DNA of 64,000 nucleotides from Trichodelitschia bisporula (lineage: Eukaryota): positions 186,001 through 250,000 of the forward strand of contig ML996706.1 in the NCBI GenBank assembly GCA_010356995.1, in the 5' to 3' direction. The notes beneath the pieces are model-generated. The model ran no database searches. It saw nothing but the letters and a program-made list of their open reading frames with translations, and was not told where the DNA came from. Both the position numbers and the translations under genes were made by a program. Of this stretch, positions 37,992 through 50,149 are shown piece after piece (the stretch's first letter is position 1; each line of letters begins with the position of its first letter).

Positions 37992-40913
37992 ATGTCCTCC
38001 AAGCAGCCGTCTCTCACTGAGCAGCAGAATGTGATGGAAAGCTCTGCTGGGAGCAGCGAGAAATCTTCTCTTAATCAGAATGGCGAGACCCTTGACCCTC
38101 AGCCAGGTCCCACCGGTGCACCACGACATCTCGACCTGCCCGCGAACGCCTTCAAGCCGGACCCCAGTGACCAGGAATCTACGAATGATGGCGTATCTGT
38201 TGGACTTGAGGGCGACGAAGAAGAGCCTCCAGAGCCCAAGTCATTCCAGCGCTCCAACAGCCCAGCTGCCATGCAGCGAAACAAGAGCGCCTGCTACGAG
38301 AAGGTCGGCGAGGAGGGCGTAAACAACATGCACCGCTTCTCTCTGTACGAAACAAGCACGCGATACTATCTCGTTGGCCAAGATGTCATGGAGAGGCACT
38401 TTAGAGTCCTTAAAATTGATCGCACGGCCCCTCCGGGGAGTCTGGGCATCTTCGAGGATGACATCGTGTACGACCGGCGGGAAATGAACCAGCTACTGAA
38501 CGCTATCGAAGAGGGCAACAAGAACGCCGGAGGAATGAAGCTCAAGTGTACTACATGGGGCTTGTTGGGGTTCATTCGGTTTACCGAAGCCTACTACATG
38601 CTCCTTGTCACGAAGCGTACACAGGTGGCCATGATTGGCGGCCACTACGTTTACCAAATCGAGGCTACCGAGTTGATCCCACTCACCACTGGGTCATCGT
38701 CACGTTTCCAGCGGGACCGGAACCCAGAGGAGACCCGGTATCTAAACATTCTGTCGAACCTCGACCTCAACAAATCCTTTTACTTTTCCTACTCCTACAA
38801 CATCACGCGGACACTCCAGGAGAACATCATCCGCGAGCGGGAAGCGCTGGACAAGGGCCTGCGGCGCGCCCCTCCCGACCTCAATGAAATGTTCGTATGG
38901 AACGACTATCTCTTGCGTCCTGCGGAGTCTGCCCTCAAGAACACATATGACTGGTGCATTCCCATCATTCATGGATTCATCAAGCAGGAGTCTCTGAGCG
39001 TCATTGGCCGACGCGTGTACATGACGATCATCGCTCGCCGCTCGAGATTCTTTGCCGGTGCCCGGTTTCTGAAGCGCGGCGCGAACGATCTTGGTTACGT
39101 TGCAAATGATGTGGAGACGGAGCAGATTGTATCAGAAGTGCTGACAACGTCCTTCCACGCCCCTGGCCCGCGCCTCTACTCGAACCCGAACTACACTTCG
39201 TATGTCCAGCATCGTGGCAGTATACCGCTCTACTGGACGCAAGACAATACGGGTGTGACACCGAAGCCAGACATTGACCTCAACCTCATTGATCCGTTCT
39301 ACAGCGCTGCTGCACTCCATTTTGATAACCTGTTTGAGCGATATGGAGCCCCAATCTACGTGCTCAACCTTGTCAAGGCGCGAGAGCGCACGCCACGCGA
39401 GTCGAAACTGCTCCACGAGTTCTACAAGGCTATTAGCTTCCTGAACCAGTCTCTGCCGGAGGATAAGAAGATCCTATACAAGGCCTTTGACATGAGCCGG
39501 GCGGCCAAGACGCGTGGCCAGGACGTCATCGGCACCCTCGAGCGCATCGCCGAGGACGTGCTGGACAAGACGGGCTTTTTCCACAACGGAGATTCCGAGG
39601 ACTCGGCTACGGCGCAGAACGGGGTCGCTCGTACAAACTGCATAGACTGCCTTGACCGTACTAATGCCGCGCAGTTTGTGATTGGGAAGCGTGCGCTGGG
39701 ACGCCAGTTACAGGCGCTGGGTGTGATTGTCGGCGATACCGTCGACTACGATACTGACGCAGTGAATCTGCTCACGCACATGTATCATGCCCACGGCGAC
39801 ACCATCGCAATCCAGTATGGCGGGTCCCACCTCGTGAACACCATGTCGACGTACCGCAAGATCAACGAGTGGAAGAGCCAGTCGCGCGACATGGTAGAGA
39901 GCTTCAAGCGCTACTACCACAACTCGTTCCTCGACTCACAGCGTCAAGAGGCATACAACCTCTTCCTGGGGAACTACATCTACGCGCAAGGCCAGCCGAT
40001 GCTCTGGGACCTGCCAACAGACTACTACCTCCACCACACACACCCGCGCTTCTGGGCCACGCACCAACGGCGTGGCTACATCAACTGGTTCACACCTGAC
40101 TTCCTCGCCCCGCGCACCATCCCTCCGCACCCCGGTCAGCCTGCCGTCCTGGCCGAAAAGGGCGTCACCTACTTCGACGACTACTGGCTCGAGTACTACC
40201 GCCCGCTGGCCGTCTCCTCCTTCGCCAAAATGTTTAGCTGGAAGATCTCCGCTCGCCCTAAGTACCTTCCGGACGGCAGCAGCCAGCCCGGGACCTGGGA
40301 CCCGAGCCCCTTTGCGCCGCGCAAGGTACCCCCGACCAGCGAGCCCGAGTCGCCCGGGAAGAAGGTGCGCAAGGGCGTCACGATTCTGGAGCCAGAGACT
40401 GGAGCCGAGGGGCGCGGAAATGAGGACTCGACGCGGAGTAGCGGCTTGCTGCGCAGCGGGAGTCTGGACACGGCATCGAGCTCCGCGACGTTTGTTCCGT
40501 CTGACAAGGCACTTAAGACGCAGTGGACGCTGGGCCAGTTCTACGCCAACTCGCTGCATCCTAGCGTCACGCCCAGCGAGGAGGCGGAGTACGACCGGTA
40601 CATCAGCCATCCGCTGAATTTGCCGCTTGTGACATCTGCAGATGACGAGCCGGATAGTGAAGTCAAGGCTGATTTTGCGGAGTATCTGGGTAGTGGGCTT
40701 GAGGCTGTGAATGGCGGATATGGTGGGTATGGTGTCGGTGAGGAGGATTTGGCGGATTATGCGGAGTTTTTGACCGTTGGTGATGATCCGCTCACGGTTA
40801 CGGAGGAGGATCTTGGGAAGAAGAGATACAAGGCCTACAAGCAGTGGTTGAAGGGTAAGAGCTTGTTTAAGCAGAGCAAGGTCGATCCCGAGGCGAGGGA
40901 TATCAGACTTTGA
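37992..40913 (+). CDS. FIG4: Polyphosphoinositide phosphatase Fig4 (SacI homology)
   Basis: Intronless 973 aa ORF with GLLGFIRFT, ARRSRFFAGARFLKRG, VANDVETEQ, RGSIPLYWTQ and the catalytic RTNCIDCLDRTN. Confidence 0.95.
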   Translation: MSSKQPSLTEQQNVMESSAGSSEKSSLNQNGETLDPQPGPTGAPRHLDLPANAFKPDPSDQESTNDGVSVGLEGDEEEPPEPKSFQRSNSPAAMQRNKSACYEKVGEEGVNNMHRFSLYETSTRYYLVGQDVMERHFRVLKIDRTAPPGSLGIFEDDIVYDRREMNQLLNAIEEGNKNAGGMKLKCTTWGLLGFIRFTEAYYMLLVTKRTQVAMIGGHYVYQIEATELIPLTTGSSSRFQRDRNPEETRYLNILSNLDLNKSFYFSYSYNITRTLQENIIREREALDKGLRRAPPDLNEMFVWNDYLLRPAESALKNTYDWCIPIIHGFIKQESLSVIGRRVYMTIIARRSRFFAGARFLKRGANDLGYVANDVETEQIVSEVLTTSFHAPGPRLYSNPNYTSYVQHRGSIPLYWTQDNTGVTPKPDIDLNLIDPFYSAAALHFDNLFERYGAPIYVLNLVKARERTPRESKLLHEFYKAISFLNQSLPEDKKILYKAFDMSRAAKTRGQDVIGTLERIAEDVLDKTGFFHNGDSEDSATAQNGVARTNCIDCLDRTNAAQFVIGKRALGRQLQALGVIVGDTVDYDTDAVNLLTHMYHAHGDTIAIQYGGSHLVNTMSTYRKINEWKSQSRDMVESFKRYYHNSFLDSQRQEAYNLFLGNYIYAQGQPMLWDLPTDYYLHHTHPRFWATHQRRGYINWFTPDFLAPRTIPPHPGQPAVLAEKGVTYFDDYWLEYYRPLAVSSFAKMFSWKISARPKYLPDGSSQPGTWDPSPFAPRKVPPTSEPESPGKKVRKGVTILEPETGAEGRGNEDSTRSSGLLRSGSLDTASSSATFVPSDKALKTQWTLGQFYANSLHPSVTPSEEAEYDRYISHPLNLPLVTSADDEPDSEVKADFAEYLGSGLEAVNGGYGGYGVGEEDLADYAEFLTVGDDPLTVTEEDLGKKRYKAYKQWLKGKSLFKQSKVDPEARDIRL

Positions 40914-41458
40914 TTTTCGTACTCTTGGTAGCTCTTTTCCACCCGCAGTGGCTGCCCACATGGGCTTTGCCGTATGTCTTCTCCTCTGGAGTGGGAGAAT
41001 GCAAGGTTGCTAATGGTGTCTTAGGCAGCGACGAGCACCAACCCTGGGGAGGCATGGCTTTGACGTGGGCGAAGAGTCCGAAGAAGTGTCCGAAGGGTAA
41101 CAGGCGGGGTAAAGCGAGTCTGGTCGAGGACTACGAAATCAAGAATTGGGGCAAGATGGATATGACTTGGGAGCATGCCGAGACGGAGGTGCATCTCGAT
41201 GGGCTATGGGATTTGACTTGGGAACAGTGCCAGAGGAGGGAGTGTTTGGATCCGGGGTATCACTATTGCCGCGGCGTTGGTGAGTGGAGGGGACTTTCAT
41301 GACACCATTAAGTCTGTTTGACGACTGTTATAAAGCTGCTACTTGAATATTTGTTGCGAGCTGTCTTACCGGGACGGTTTGCGATGGTAGGCTATCGTGG
41401 CTGTAGGCGATTTTGCTATTCAACCACGTATTGCATGTTCCACTACATCCTCTTTTCT

Positions 41459-41497
41459 CCCTACGCCTCCTGCAATCCCTACGCCTCCTGCAATCCC
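41459..41497. repeat. 18-bp direct tandem duplication (CCCTACGCCTCCTGCAAT)x2
   Basis: Directly visible. Confidence 0.9.
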
Positions 41498-41817
41498 AAA
41501 AAGTGAGCCTCGTAAGAAGATTCTTTGTCCTTTCCACCCGTCTCCATGCACGAAGGCAACACAGACGTTGTACGGCATATGCAGGTCCCATCACTAGTTC
41601 TACTCTGGCACATCCTTGCCATGGCCAGACGTCCGGGCAACGGTCACGAAAACGGCCAGGGGCAGCTCCTACAGCTTCACATCTATCGGAAATATGCAGA
41701 GGCCAGGTGTCAGCCTCTGCCGCACTGTGATCCAGCGCGAGAGGAATCCGAACAATGCATCTGAGCCGTCTCTTTCTGAAGTGGTAGTGAAGGAAGCCGT
41801 AGTGAAGATCAAGCACC

Positions 41818-42822
41818 TCACTTCCGCCCCTTCCCAAACTTTTCATGCCACTTTCTCTTCCCCGTAGTCGCCGGCTCCTCCTTCGCAGCAGGCGCAGGAC
41901 TCAGCCTGCACTCGGGCTTCAGCGCAATGGTCGTGGGCGTCGGGTGCGTCGTGATATCCCCGATACTTGCCGCCGCCAGCCCATCTCCCCACCCTCCCAT
42001 CGCCTCCCTCCACCTCGCGACAAAGAGGTCTGTCGGCATACTTCCCCCGCTCGCCTCGAGCACTAGCTGTGCCACCCATGTTGTAGCTTTTGGTCTCGGA
42101 ATCATCCACCACCCCTCTTTGTAGTGGCATTCGCCGATGCGCTTCATCACAGCATCGAACATTTCGCTCTCAATCGCATCCGAGGCGTCTAAATCGAACT
42201 CGTTGAATAAATCGTCCTCTGAAAACCCCTCCTCGAGGTTCCACCCCGCGCCCTCCGCTGCTGATTTGATCCGGCGCCATAGCGCGAGGAGTGCGGCTGC
42301 GGAGGGGCGGACTGCGTAGCCGTCTTTCACGTAGGCGCATAGTGCGGTCCAGGCATCATGCAGGTCGCGGATCGAGAGAGGGGCGCGGGACTCGAGATCA
42401 TGGAGACTGGTGGGAGACCCAGCCGGGGTGCGGAGGGGCTTGCCTGGCGTATACTGTGGGAGAAGGGCGGCGAGGGTCACGGTTGCTGCGGCGGGGGTGA
42501 GGGGGGGAAGGGTCGCAAGCGTGGATGTGCAGGCGCTGATTGCGGTTACTGTGGTGGGGGAGGTGGGTTGGAGGAGGAAGAGGGTGTTGCTGGTTTGGAT
42601 TTGGCGGAGGGGGTAGGTTCGTTTGTCGGTGGTGAGGACGGCGGGCGCGCTGGGGGTTGCGGAGCGGAGGTGTAGCCTGCGGAGGGGGGTTAGGAAGGGC
42701 GGTCATGGTGGGGGGGAGGCGTACTTGGGGCAGTTGGGGGAGGTGAGGAGGTCGAGTAGCTCCTGCGGCAATTCGAGGAGGCGCACGTTTGTGAGGTGCG
42801 TTGCGAGGGCGAAGGTCGTCAT
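41818..42822 (-). CDS. DCC1: Sister chromatid cohesion protein Dcc1 (Ctf18-RFC subunit)
   Basis: N-terminus MTTFALATHLTNVRLLELPQELLDLL, intron near 42724-42677, then AVLTTDKRTYPLRQIQTSNTLFL. C-terminus RKWHEKF. Confidence 0.85.
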
Positions 42823-43523
42823 TATGGTGATGCTGGTGAGGGGGAGGTGCGGTGGTGATGGCTCTGATATCTCAGCCGCGCCCCACCGCGTGACGGCTCC
42901 GTCCGCGGTGTTTGCGCAAGGGGAGGCTATTTACAGATTTCGCGTGGCGCACGCGTCTACCCGTGCTGCGGTGTTGAAGGGACACGGACGATGCTGTGCC
43001 TTTGCGTGCTGCGTCTTTACGCCTTTTGGATCTTTGCGTATTCGTCTCGTCAACTCCTGCGTTGGGTTGTTTGTTTGGGCCTTTGGGGCAAGGCCAGGGC
43101 AAGGAAGGGCGAGTGCGAGTCAACAAAAGTGCTACACCAAAACAAACATCCCCAAGCTCTCTCCTCGCCCACATCAACCCACGCACAACACACAGTCGCT
43201 ATCCAACATCCTCCCAGTCCACATCCACAACAGCAGCATCAATTCATGGCTGGACCTCCCCACAAACCCCCTCCAGCCACATATTGCTCCTCTGCAGCTG
43301 TGGTCCTCCACTTGGAATAGTGTCTCTGGCAATCGTGCGCTGACAACCCGCGCATGCTCCAAGCAACCCCGCATACGACACATCTTTTACGCACCAGCGC
43401 ATATTCTCCGCATCTCTGCGTCTCTGCGTCTCTTGCTCGCTAGCGCATACCCTCCGCATCTCCCGCATCTCTACCTCCCGCATCTCCGCATCACCGCATC
43501 TTCAGTCGCAGCAAGCCGCAACC

Positions 43524-46500
43524 ATGGTGGTCGTCGTCCCCCCTCCACCGCTTCTCAGTCCCGACATCGTCTCCCTCTTCCACGTCGCCGACGACCTACT
43601 CGAAGGCTCACCCATCCTCGTCTTCTACGGCCCCTCGGTCACCCCCACCGCCGCAACAAGCAACACCTCGCGCATCCAAGCCCACATCTTCACCCCCGCC
43701 GGCCTGGTCTCCTACCCGCGCCTGACCGTCTCCCCGAACTCGCCGCTCTACTCCGCCGTCAACTGCCTGCCGCGCGAAGAACAAGGCGACGACATCTGCC
43801 GCGGCCTCGCCTTCAGTCTCTACAAATACTTCTCCGAGCTACCGCAGACTGTGCGCGCAACATGGGAGCGCGAGCTGCGCACCCTCCCCGCCCTCGCTGC
43901 GGCCCCGCCTCTCTTTGGCGATGCGCATGCTGCTATGCTTGCGAGTCGCATGGTGCGCGTTGAGAATGTTGCTGAGGTTGCGCGCGATGTGCGCCAGGCG
44001 CTTGCGGAGCAGACGGTCTCGTGGCTGGATCTCGACCTTGTGCTGCCTGAGGGTGCCGTGCGCGTACCTGACTTCAGCGGCCGCGACTCCATACTCCCGG
44101 ACCCATCGGAGGAGGATGCTACGCGCCTGCGCTTCGGCGAGTTTGCCCCTGTTGTGCGCCTGTTTGGCGACTTGGGCTTCTTGCCCACGGCGAGGTTGCG
44201 CCGCGCGCCGTCGCGCCCTAATTCAATGGTGCACAATGCGGTGTTTACGCGCAAGCAGAAGGAGACTATCCGGCGTGAGATGTGCGAGTTGCTAGATACG
44301 GAGGAGAGCTATGTCGCTAAGTTGGACGAGCTGGTCAATGGCGTTGCGACCGACTTTCGAAGCGGCGCGAAGAATCGCACGTCGAATACCAGCCCTGGGG
44401 AGGCAGATCTGACGCGCTTATTCCCCGACACTTTGGACCAGATCTTGGAGACGAACGCGGCTTTCCTCGAGGATTTGCGCAAGGTCGTCGAGGAGACGGA
44501 GAACGACGCCATCCAGGATATCGAGGCGACGAGCGACCACGGTACCATCATGCCCGCCGTCCCCTCGCGTACAGATGTTACGGGCACACTTGCGCTCGGC
44601 ACCTGTCTTCGCGCGTGGTTGCCCAAGTTTGGCGACTGTTATCTCGACTACATGCGCGCGCATGCCCACTTCCCTAAGTACATGCGTAGCTACACCGCGG
44701 CCAAGTCGAGCTTCTCTAAGCGCGTCCAGGACACGGGCGAGCAGCGCCTCATGTCCATGCTCATTGAGCCGATCCAGCGTTTACCACGGTACAACCTCTA
44801 CATCGACAGCATCATCAAGCAGCTACCCGAGCGCCACCCGGCTTTAAAGTCCCTCCTGAAGGTCCGTGACACCATCTCTGAGATCTGCTCCTCCGATGCT
44901 GGAGACGCCCAGCCCTCACGCATCAACGACAAGCTTCGCAAACATATTGCCGGTTGGCCGTCCTCATTCCGCTCATACGGCCGTCTCGTCACTGCCATAG
45001 ATGTCGCTGAGATCCCGCCTCCGTACCGGCCTGACCCCAACAGCGCCACCGCCACCCCGGGCATCATGCTCCTCTTTACCGAGAACATCGTCCTGCTCAC
45101 AAAGTCCCACCGTACCGGCCTCACAGCCCGCGGTCTGCTCTCGCGCCTCGACGGCACCGATGTCATCGATAAGGAGGATGCACCGCCGGCGCAGGAGCTG
45201 CGCTTCAATTACTCGCTCGACCTCCACAGCTTTGAGTTCACTGAAGTCGACGGTGGGAAAATGATCCAGCTCGCTCCGACGCATAACCCGACTTTCCAAC
45301 AGCGGCCCGGCAGCGCCATGAGCCTTACTCGTCCCACCTCGCGCGCCATGTCGCGGCCGGCATCGCGCGCCGGCGACAATGATGTCCAGGTCTACTATCT
45401 GACGGGTGCGTACGAAGGCAAGGCGGCAAAGGTAGTGGAAGAAGTGGTGAGAGCGCGCACGGAGAACCGGTTCCCGGAGCAGGAGCGCGAGAGTCCGGAG
45501 TGGGAGGTGCGGCTGGCTCACGGCCCAGACCTGAATCTCTTTACCGCTGTGTACCAGGATGGACCTGCGCCTGAGGGGCGGGGGAAGCCGGCGAAGGTGC
45601 GAGTTGTTATTGGGAAGGCGGATTCCGCGCCTGCGGTGCGGGATGAGGGTGTCGAGGTCGTGGTTTACGTTTCGGCGACGCGTGAGGGCCTTTATCTCCT
45701 TGAGATTGAGGGTGGGAAGGAGGTTTCGCGTGACAGGTTGACTGTGCAGGAGTTCCTGCCCGTGCTGGTCAAGCGGCGTAAGTTTTTTTCTTCTGTCGAG
45801 CAAGACTCGTATGCTAACAATCACCAGTTGGCAACATTCTTCAAATGCGTAGCCAGATTCGTAATCCAGCTATTGCTACCACGCTCCTCCTCCGCAACCA
45901 GCTCGTCCTAACCAACCTCAAAATCACCACCGAAGAGCAAATGGACCCGCAGACCAAGGACCGCGTCACCGCCGCCCAGCGCCCGCACTCCCCCGTTAAG
46001 ATGCTCTCCAATCTCTTCGGCGGCTCCATCACCCGCGACCACGGCAGCTTCCGCAAGCCGCCGCTCACCCACACAATCTCCGGCCCTTCCGGCCTCGGCA
46101 ACATTCCTCACCTGCAGCCTAGCTCGCGACCCACGTCGCAAGAGGGACAAGCGTCGCAGGAAGGGCCCGCCCGCTCGCCGTCCATGCTTGTCAAGACGAC
46201 GCGTGCTGCCGCCGACGTGCTCGAGAAGCTTGAAGAGTCGCTGTCGAGCTACGTTCTCGCGCTGCATGCGCGGCGAGGCAATATTGTGGGCAAGGTGCTG
46301 CGCAACCGGACCGCCACGGCTGAGGAACTGGCTGTCAACGAGCTGTACAACAAGCTGCTCGAGGACCCGGCAAATATGGAGTTGGTGGCTAATGCGCCGG
46401 TGGACGTACTCTTCTGCGCGTTTGAGCAGTTCCTCAAGATTGCATGGTGCGACAAGATGGGCCCGGTCATCTCGGTGGCTGCGTGGAGCGCTATCCTCGC

Positions 46501-48265
46501 GAAGCTCGATGCTCTGTATCCTTCCGACTTTGAGGAGTTCTTCCGCATGCGCATCGCCGAACTCGCACCGCAGAACCAGCGCGCGCTCAAGTCTATCATC
46601 AAGCTGCTCGTTAGTTTGCTTGAAGGCACGGGCAACGACGGCGACAGGGGCATGTTAACCGCATCCTTTGCCGAGATCCTCGTTCCCGACGGCAACCCGC
46701 TCGACTTCATCCCCGTGCTAGATCGGCTCGTCGAAGACTCAACAACACTGCTCGACAACCCGCGCCCGACGCCCTCCGGCTCGCTCTCCGGCCCCCCTAC
46801 CCGCACAACCAACTCCGCCTCTCTAACCTCCAACACCTCCTCCCTCCGCCGCAAATTCGGCCTAGGTCTCAGCCGCAAGGGCTCCAAGCACGCCGACGAA
46901 GACCTGTCGAGCAGCGTCTGGCGCACCCTCTCCAAATCAAAGCACGAGAGCCCCACGCCCTCCCTCTCCAAGAAACCCTCGCACCTCGTCCGCGCCTCCT
47001 CAACCGACTCCCCGCGCGCTCCCTCCCCCAAGCGTCCCAGCTCCCGCGACCGGCCTACCGTCCTCGGCGGCGCACCCTTCGATCCCGTTCCGAACTTAGG
47101 CTTAAGCACAATCGGCGAACACCCCACCGCCGGCCCCCCGCGCAAAAAGCGCCGATCCAGCCTCTCAGACCTCCTAACCCTCCAAGCCGCCGGCAACCAG
47201 TTCGGCACACCTGTCCGGAATAGTCCACGCCCCAGCCCCCGCACACCCAAGCAAAGCTTCATCCCCACCCCCACCCCCACCACCCCCCTCAGCCACTCCT
47301 TCTTACGCAACGCCTCTACTCCTACCGGAACCGGGGCTGGAGCGCAAGCCACACCCACCCGAGCCCTCCCCCGCCCCGTCTCACAATCCAAGCCCAAAGA
47401 CGAAGTCACGATTACGGCACGCCGTCCTGTGCCGCGCCACACGGCGACGACGAGCGCGAGTGGAATTCCGCAGCTTAGGCCCGCTGGGTTGGTGGATCGG
47501 GCGGGGGCGGGGAATGTGAGGCGCTTGCCTGGGTCAAGGGACGGGGAGAAGGTGAGGGAGAAGGTGAAGGAGGAGATTGATCCGGCGCTGGCGGTTGCGC
47601 CGTTGAAGGTTGGTGGGGGAAGGAAGGAGGGTCCTGCGACGGGGGCGGGGGCGGGGGCGGGGTCGGGTCCGGGTACGCCTGCGGGTGTGGGTGCGGTATC
47701 GGCTGGTGCCTCGACTGGCACTTCGGACCCCTCTGCTCGGCTCCGGATGGTCGGTCCGGCGAAACTACGCGAGCGGGTCACTGCCGCCAAGACCGAAACC
47801 GCGGCTTCAGCCGGCGCGCTGGCGGAGGAAATGGCGCGCATAGGCGCCGAGCTCTCAACGCTGTCACGCGCCTCACCGCCGCGGGGCCAGAGCCACAGTC
47901 TCGCAACGCTGAGCGCGCGTCTCAGCGCGCTGGAAACGCGGCACACGGCGCTGATGAGCGAGGTCGAGGCTAAGCTAGACGGGCTGGCGCGGGATGTGAA
48001 TGAGACGCTGATGGTGTCCGAGGCGCGGTGTCGCAAGTTGGATGGGTTGCTTAGGGATGCGGGGGCGGAGAATGAGGGATTGTATGCGCGGTTTAATGAG
48101 GAGATGGCGCGCGTGACGGCGAGGGTTAGGGGCGGGGAGGGGGTGGAGGAGATGAGAAGGCGGGTGAGGGAGGGGGAGGATGAGGGGAGTAGGTTGAGGA
48201 AGGAGAATGCCCGCCTCAGGAGGGAGGTTGGGGGGTTGAGGGCACAGTTGAGGCCGGGAGTTTAG
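43524..48265 (+). CDS. BUD3: Bud3-like Rho GEF (DH domain; septation)
   Basis: DH motifs IRREMCELLDTEESYVAKL and LMSMLIEPIQRLPRYNL. Intron 45778-45827 joins the two long ORFs. C-terminal coiled coil. Confidence 0.85.
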
Positions 48266-48910
48266 GGGTGTGGTTTAGGAACTGTGGGTTAGGGGGAGTT
48301 GGGGGCTAGGTCATCATGGGGCCGGCGTCATCTGTAGCGTATGGGTTAGGTTACTCGGTTCAGCATTGGGCCGGATGGATAGACAACGAAGTGTTTCTGA
48401 GCATCACCGATCGCGGTGTCGTCTTCATCAAACTCTTCACTTCACACCATAGCCATTGCACGTATCAAGCCTAATGCTTCCATTAGCATCACTGGCCACG
48501 GTAAAGGTTTCCTTGCCACGCCGAAAGCAATTAGTCACTTTGAGCGCTGTTATCCATGCCGCAGGCTGACAGGGTTACAGGTCGAGGACGACAACACGGA
48601 ACACAGGCAACGGTTCATCAAAATGTCGTGATATATTCAGCCTGCCAATCCATAGGAGGCGGCTCATGCTCGGTCCATACACAAGCGCCCTTTCCAGCGC
48701 AGCAGGACATTCTCAGTCCATGCAATTGTCTCCCGCCATATACACTCCCCCTCCCTACCCCACCACCCCGCGCAGCGCATCCAGCACCGCACCAAGCACC
48801 TTCCCAGCCGGACCAGCAACAACCGCCAGCGCCGCACTCTCCGCCTCCGCCGACTTCCCCGCCGCCCCCGTCGCCCCCATCTCCACGGCTCCCGCCGCAC
48901 CGCCATGCAG

Positions 48911-50149
48911 CTACCTCTTCTTCGGCGCCACGCGGAGCTGCTTCGCCCCGCCATCGAAAACCACATACTGCGTCTTGAACATGACGTCGCCGTAGATCTG
49001 CAATCCCGCTCCGCCGTTGCTCTGCACGCCCCCGAAACACGTTCCCGTGTCTACTTGCGCGAAGGTGATTTCTGACCCCGGAATCATGGCCATGTAGTTG
49101 TTCCCCAGCGCGACGCCGAAGTCGGGGAGCGTGCTGGTGCATGGGTAGGTGAAGCCGCCGACGGTGGCGTCGTTGGTTGCGCCGGGCACTTGCTTGTAGT
49201 AGGCGGTTGCCACTTGCGGGTCGACGAGCAGGAGGCTGGTGCCCGTGTCGGCGATGGCGGGGGAGGCGTTGGGTGTGGCCACGCGCTGGTTGCCGATTTG
49301 GATCGCGGGGGAAGTGACCTGCCAGAAGCCGCTCGCCGAATTGACCGGGATGTTGGTCAGGGTGCCGGAGAACTTGCTCTGATCGATGGCGCCGAACAAA
49401 TAGCTCCCTGTCGAATCATTCCTGAGATCGACAGAGAACACCGGGAGGGCGAGTTGCGGCATAATGGAGTCAAAGAACGTCGTCTGCTTGGTCGGCTTCA
49501 CGGTGTTAAGCTGGCTAAACGCGAGCCCGACCAAGCCGTCATTGTTCGCATCCTTTACGAAACTCTGGCTCACGGCCGTGGCCAGCTCAACCGCCTGCCG
49601 CGTCGCCGTCGCGCCGCCGATGTTCACCACGTCCATGCCCACCACGCCGGCCGCGCCGCTCCCGTCTCCGTAGCTGATTTGCCAGCTTGCGCCAGTCATG
49701 GCCTTGAAGCTAGTGGACTTGGAGGGATCGAACGCAGCATGGCCCCCGATGGTGCGCTGCGAGAGAGCGGTGCTGAACACCCACAGGTCAGACGAGCCGG
49801 TGTCGAAGTCCAGCACCAGCGTTTGCCCGCCGATGACCACGGGGCTCAGGAACTCGGCGTCGTTGGGCTCGGGAACGGCAGGGACTTGGCCTGTCGAAGA
49901 TCCGGAACCGGTGGCGTTGCCCGCCCCGGCTCCGGAGCCGCGGGTGGAGTTGGAGGTTTGGCGGGCGGTGAGGGTGAAGCCGTATTTGTTGTACGCTTTA
50001 ATCAATGCGTCTGAACCCGACCGGGGGTGTCGGTTGATTTGCCGGCGGACGTGGTGCTCGAAGGAGCGCTTTTTCAGCGCTGGGGTGGGGGATGTGGACC
50101 CGAGGCTGAGGAGGGAGGCGAGGAGGGTGAGGGTTGTGAGGGTGTGCAT
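48911..50149 (-). CDS. Secreted pepsin-like aspartic protease (A1, penicillopepsin/aspergillopepsin-like)
   Basis: Signal peptide and propeptide, catalytic DFDTGSSDLW and IADTGTSLL, YGDGS flap and IYGDVM. Intronless. Confidence 0.95.
   Translation of the reverse strand: MHTLTTLTLLASLLSLGSTSPTPALKKRSFEHHVRRQINRHPRSGSDALIKAYNKYGFTLTARQTSNSTRGSGAGAGNATGSGSSTGQVPAVPEPNDAEFLSPVVIGGQTLVLDFDTGSSDLWVFSTALSQRTIGGHAAFDPSKSTSFKAMTGASWQISYGDGSGAAGVVGMDVVNIGGATATRQAVELATAVSQSFVKDANNDGLVGLAFSQLNTVKPTKQTTFFDSIMPQLALPVFSVDLRNDSTGSYLFGAIDQSKFSGTLTNIPVNSASGFWQVTSPAIQIGNQRVATPNASPAIADTGTSLLLVDPQVATAYYKQVPGATNDATVGGFTYPCTSTLPDFGVALGNNYMAMIPGSEITFAQVDTGTCFGGVQSNGGAGLQIYGDVMFKTQYVVFDGGAKQLRVAPKKR

Noticed and set aside
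42623..43963. 446-aa plus-strand ORF spanning the DCC1/BUD3 promoter
   Set aside because: Non-ATG start, overlaps two real genes out of frame, low-complexity translation.
46249..48036. 595-aa antisense ORF in BUD3 (similar shadows occur over FIG4, the protease and PAT1)
   Set aside because: These are expected shadow ORFs of GC-rich coding sequence with no independent motifs.
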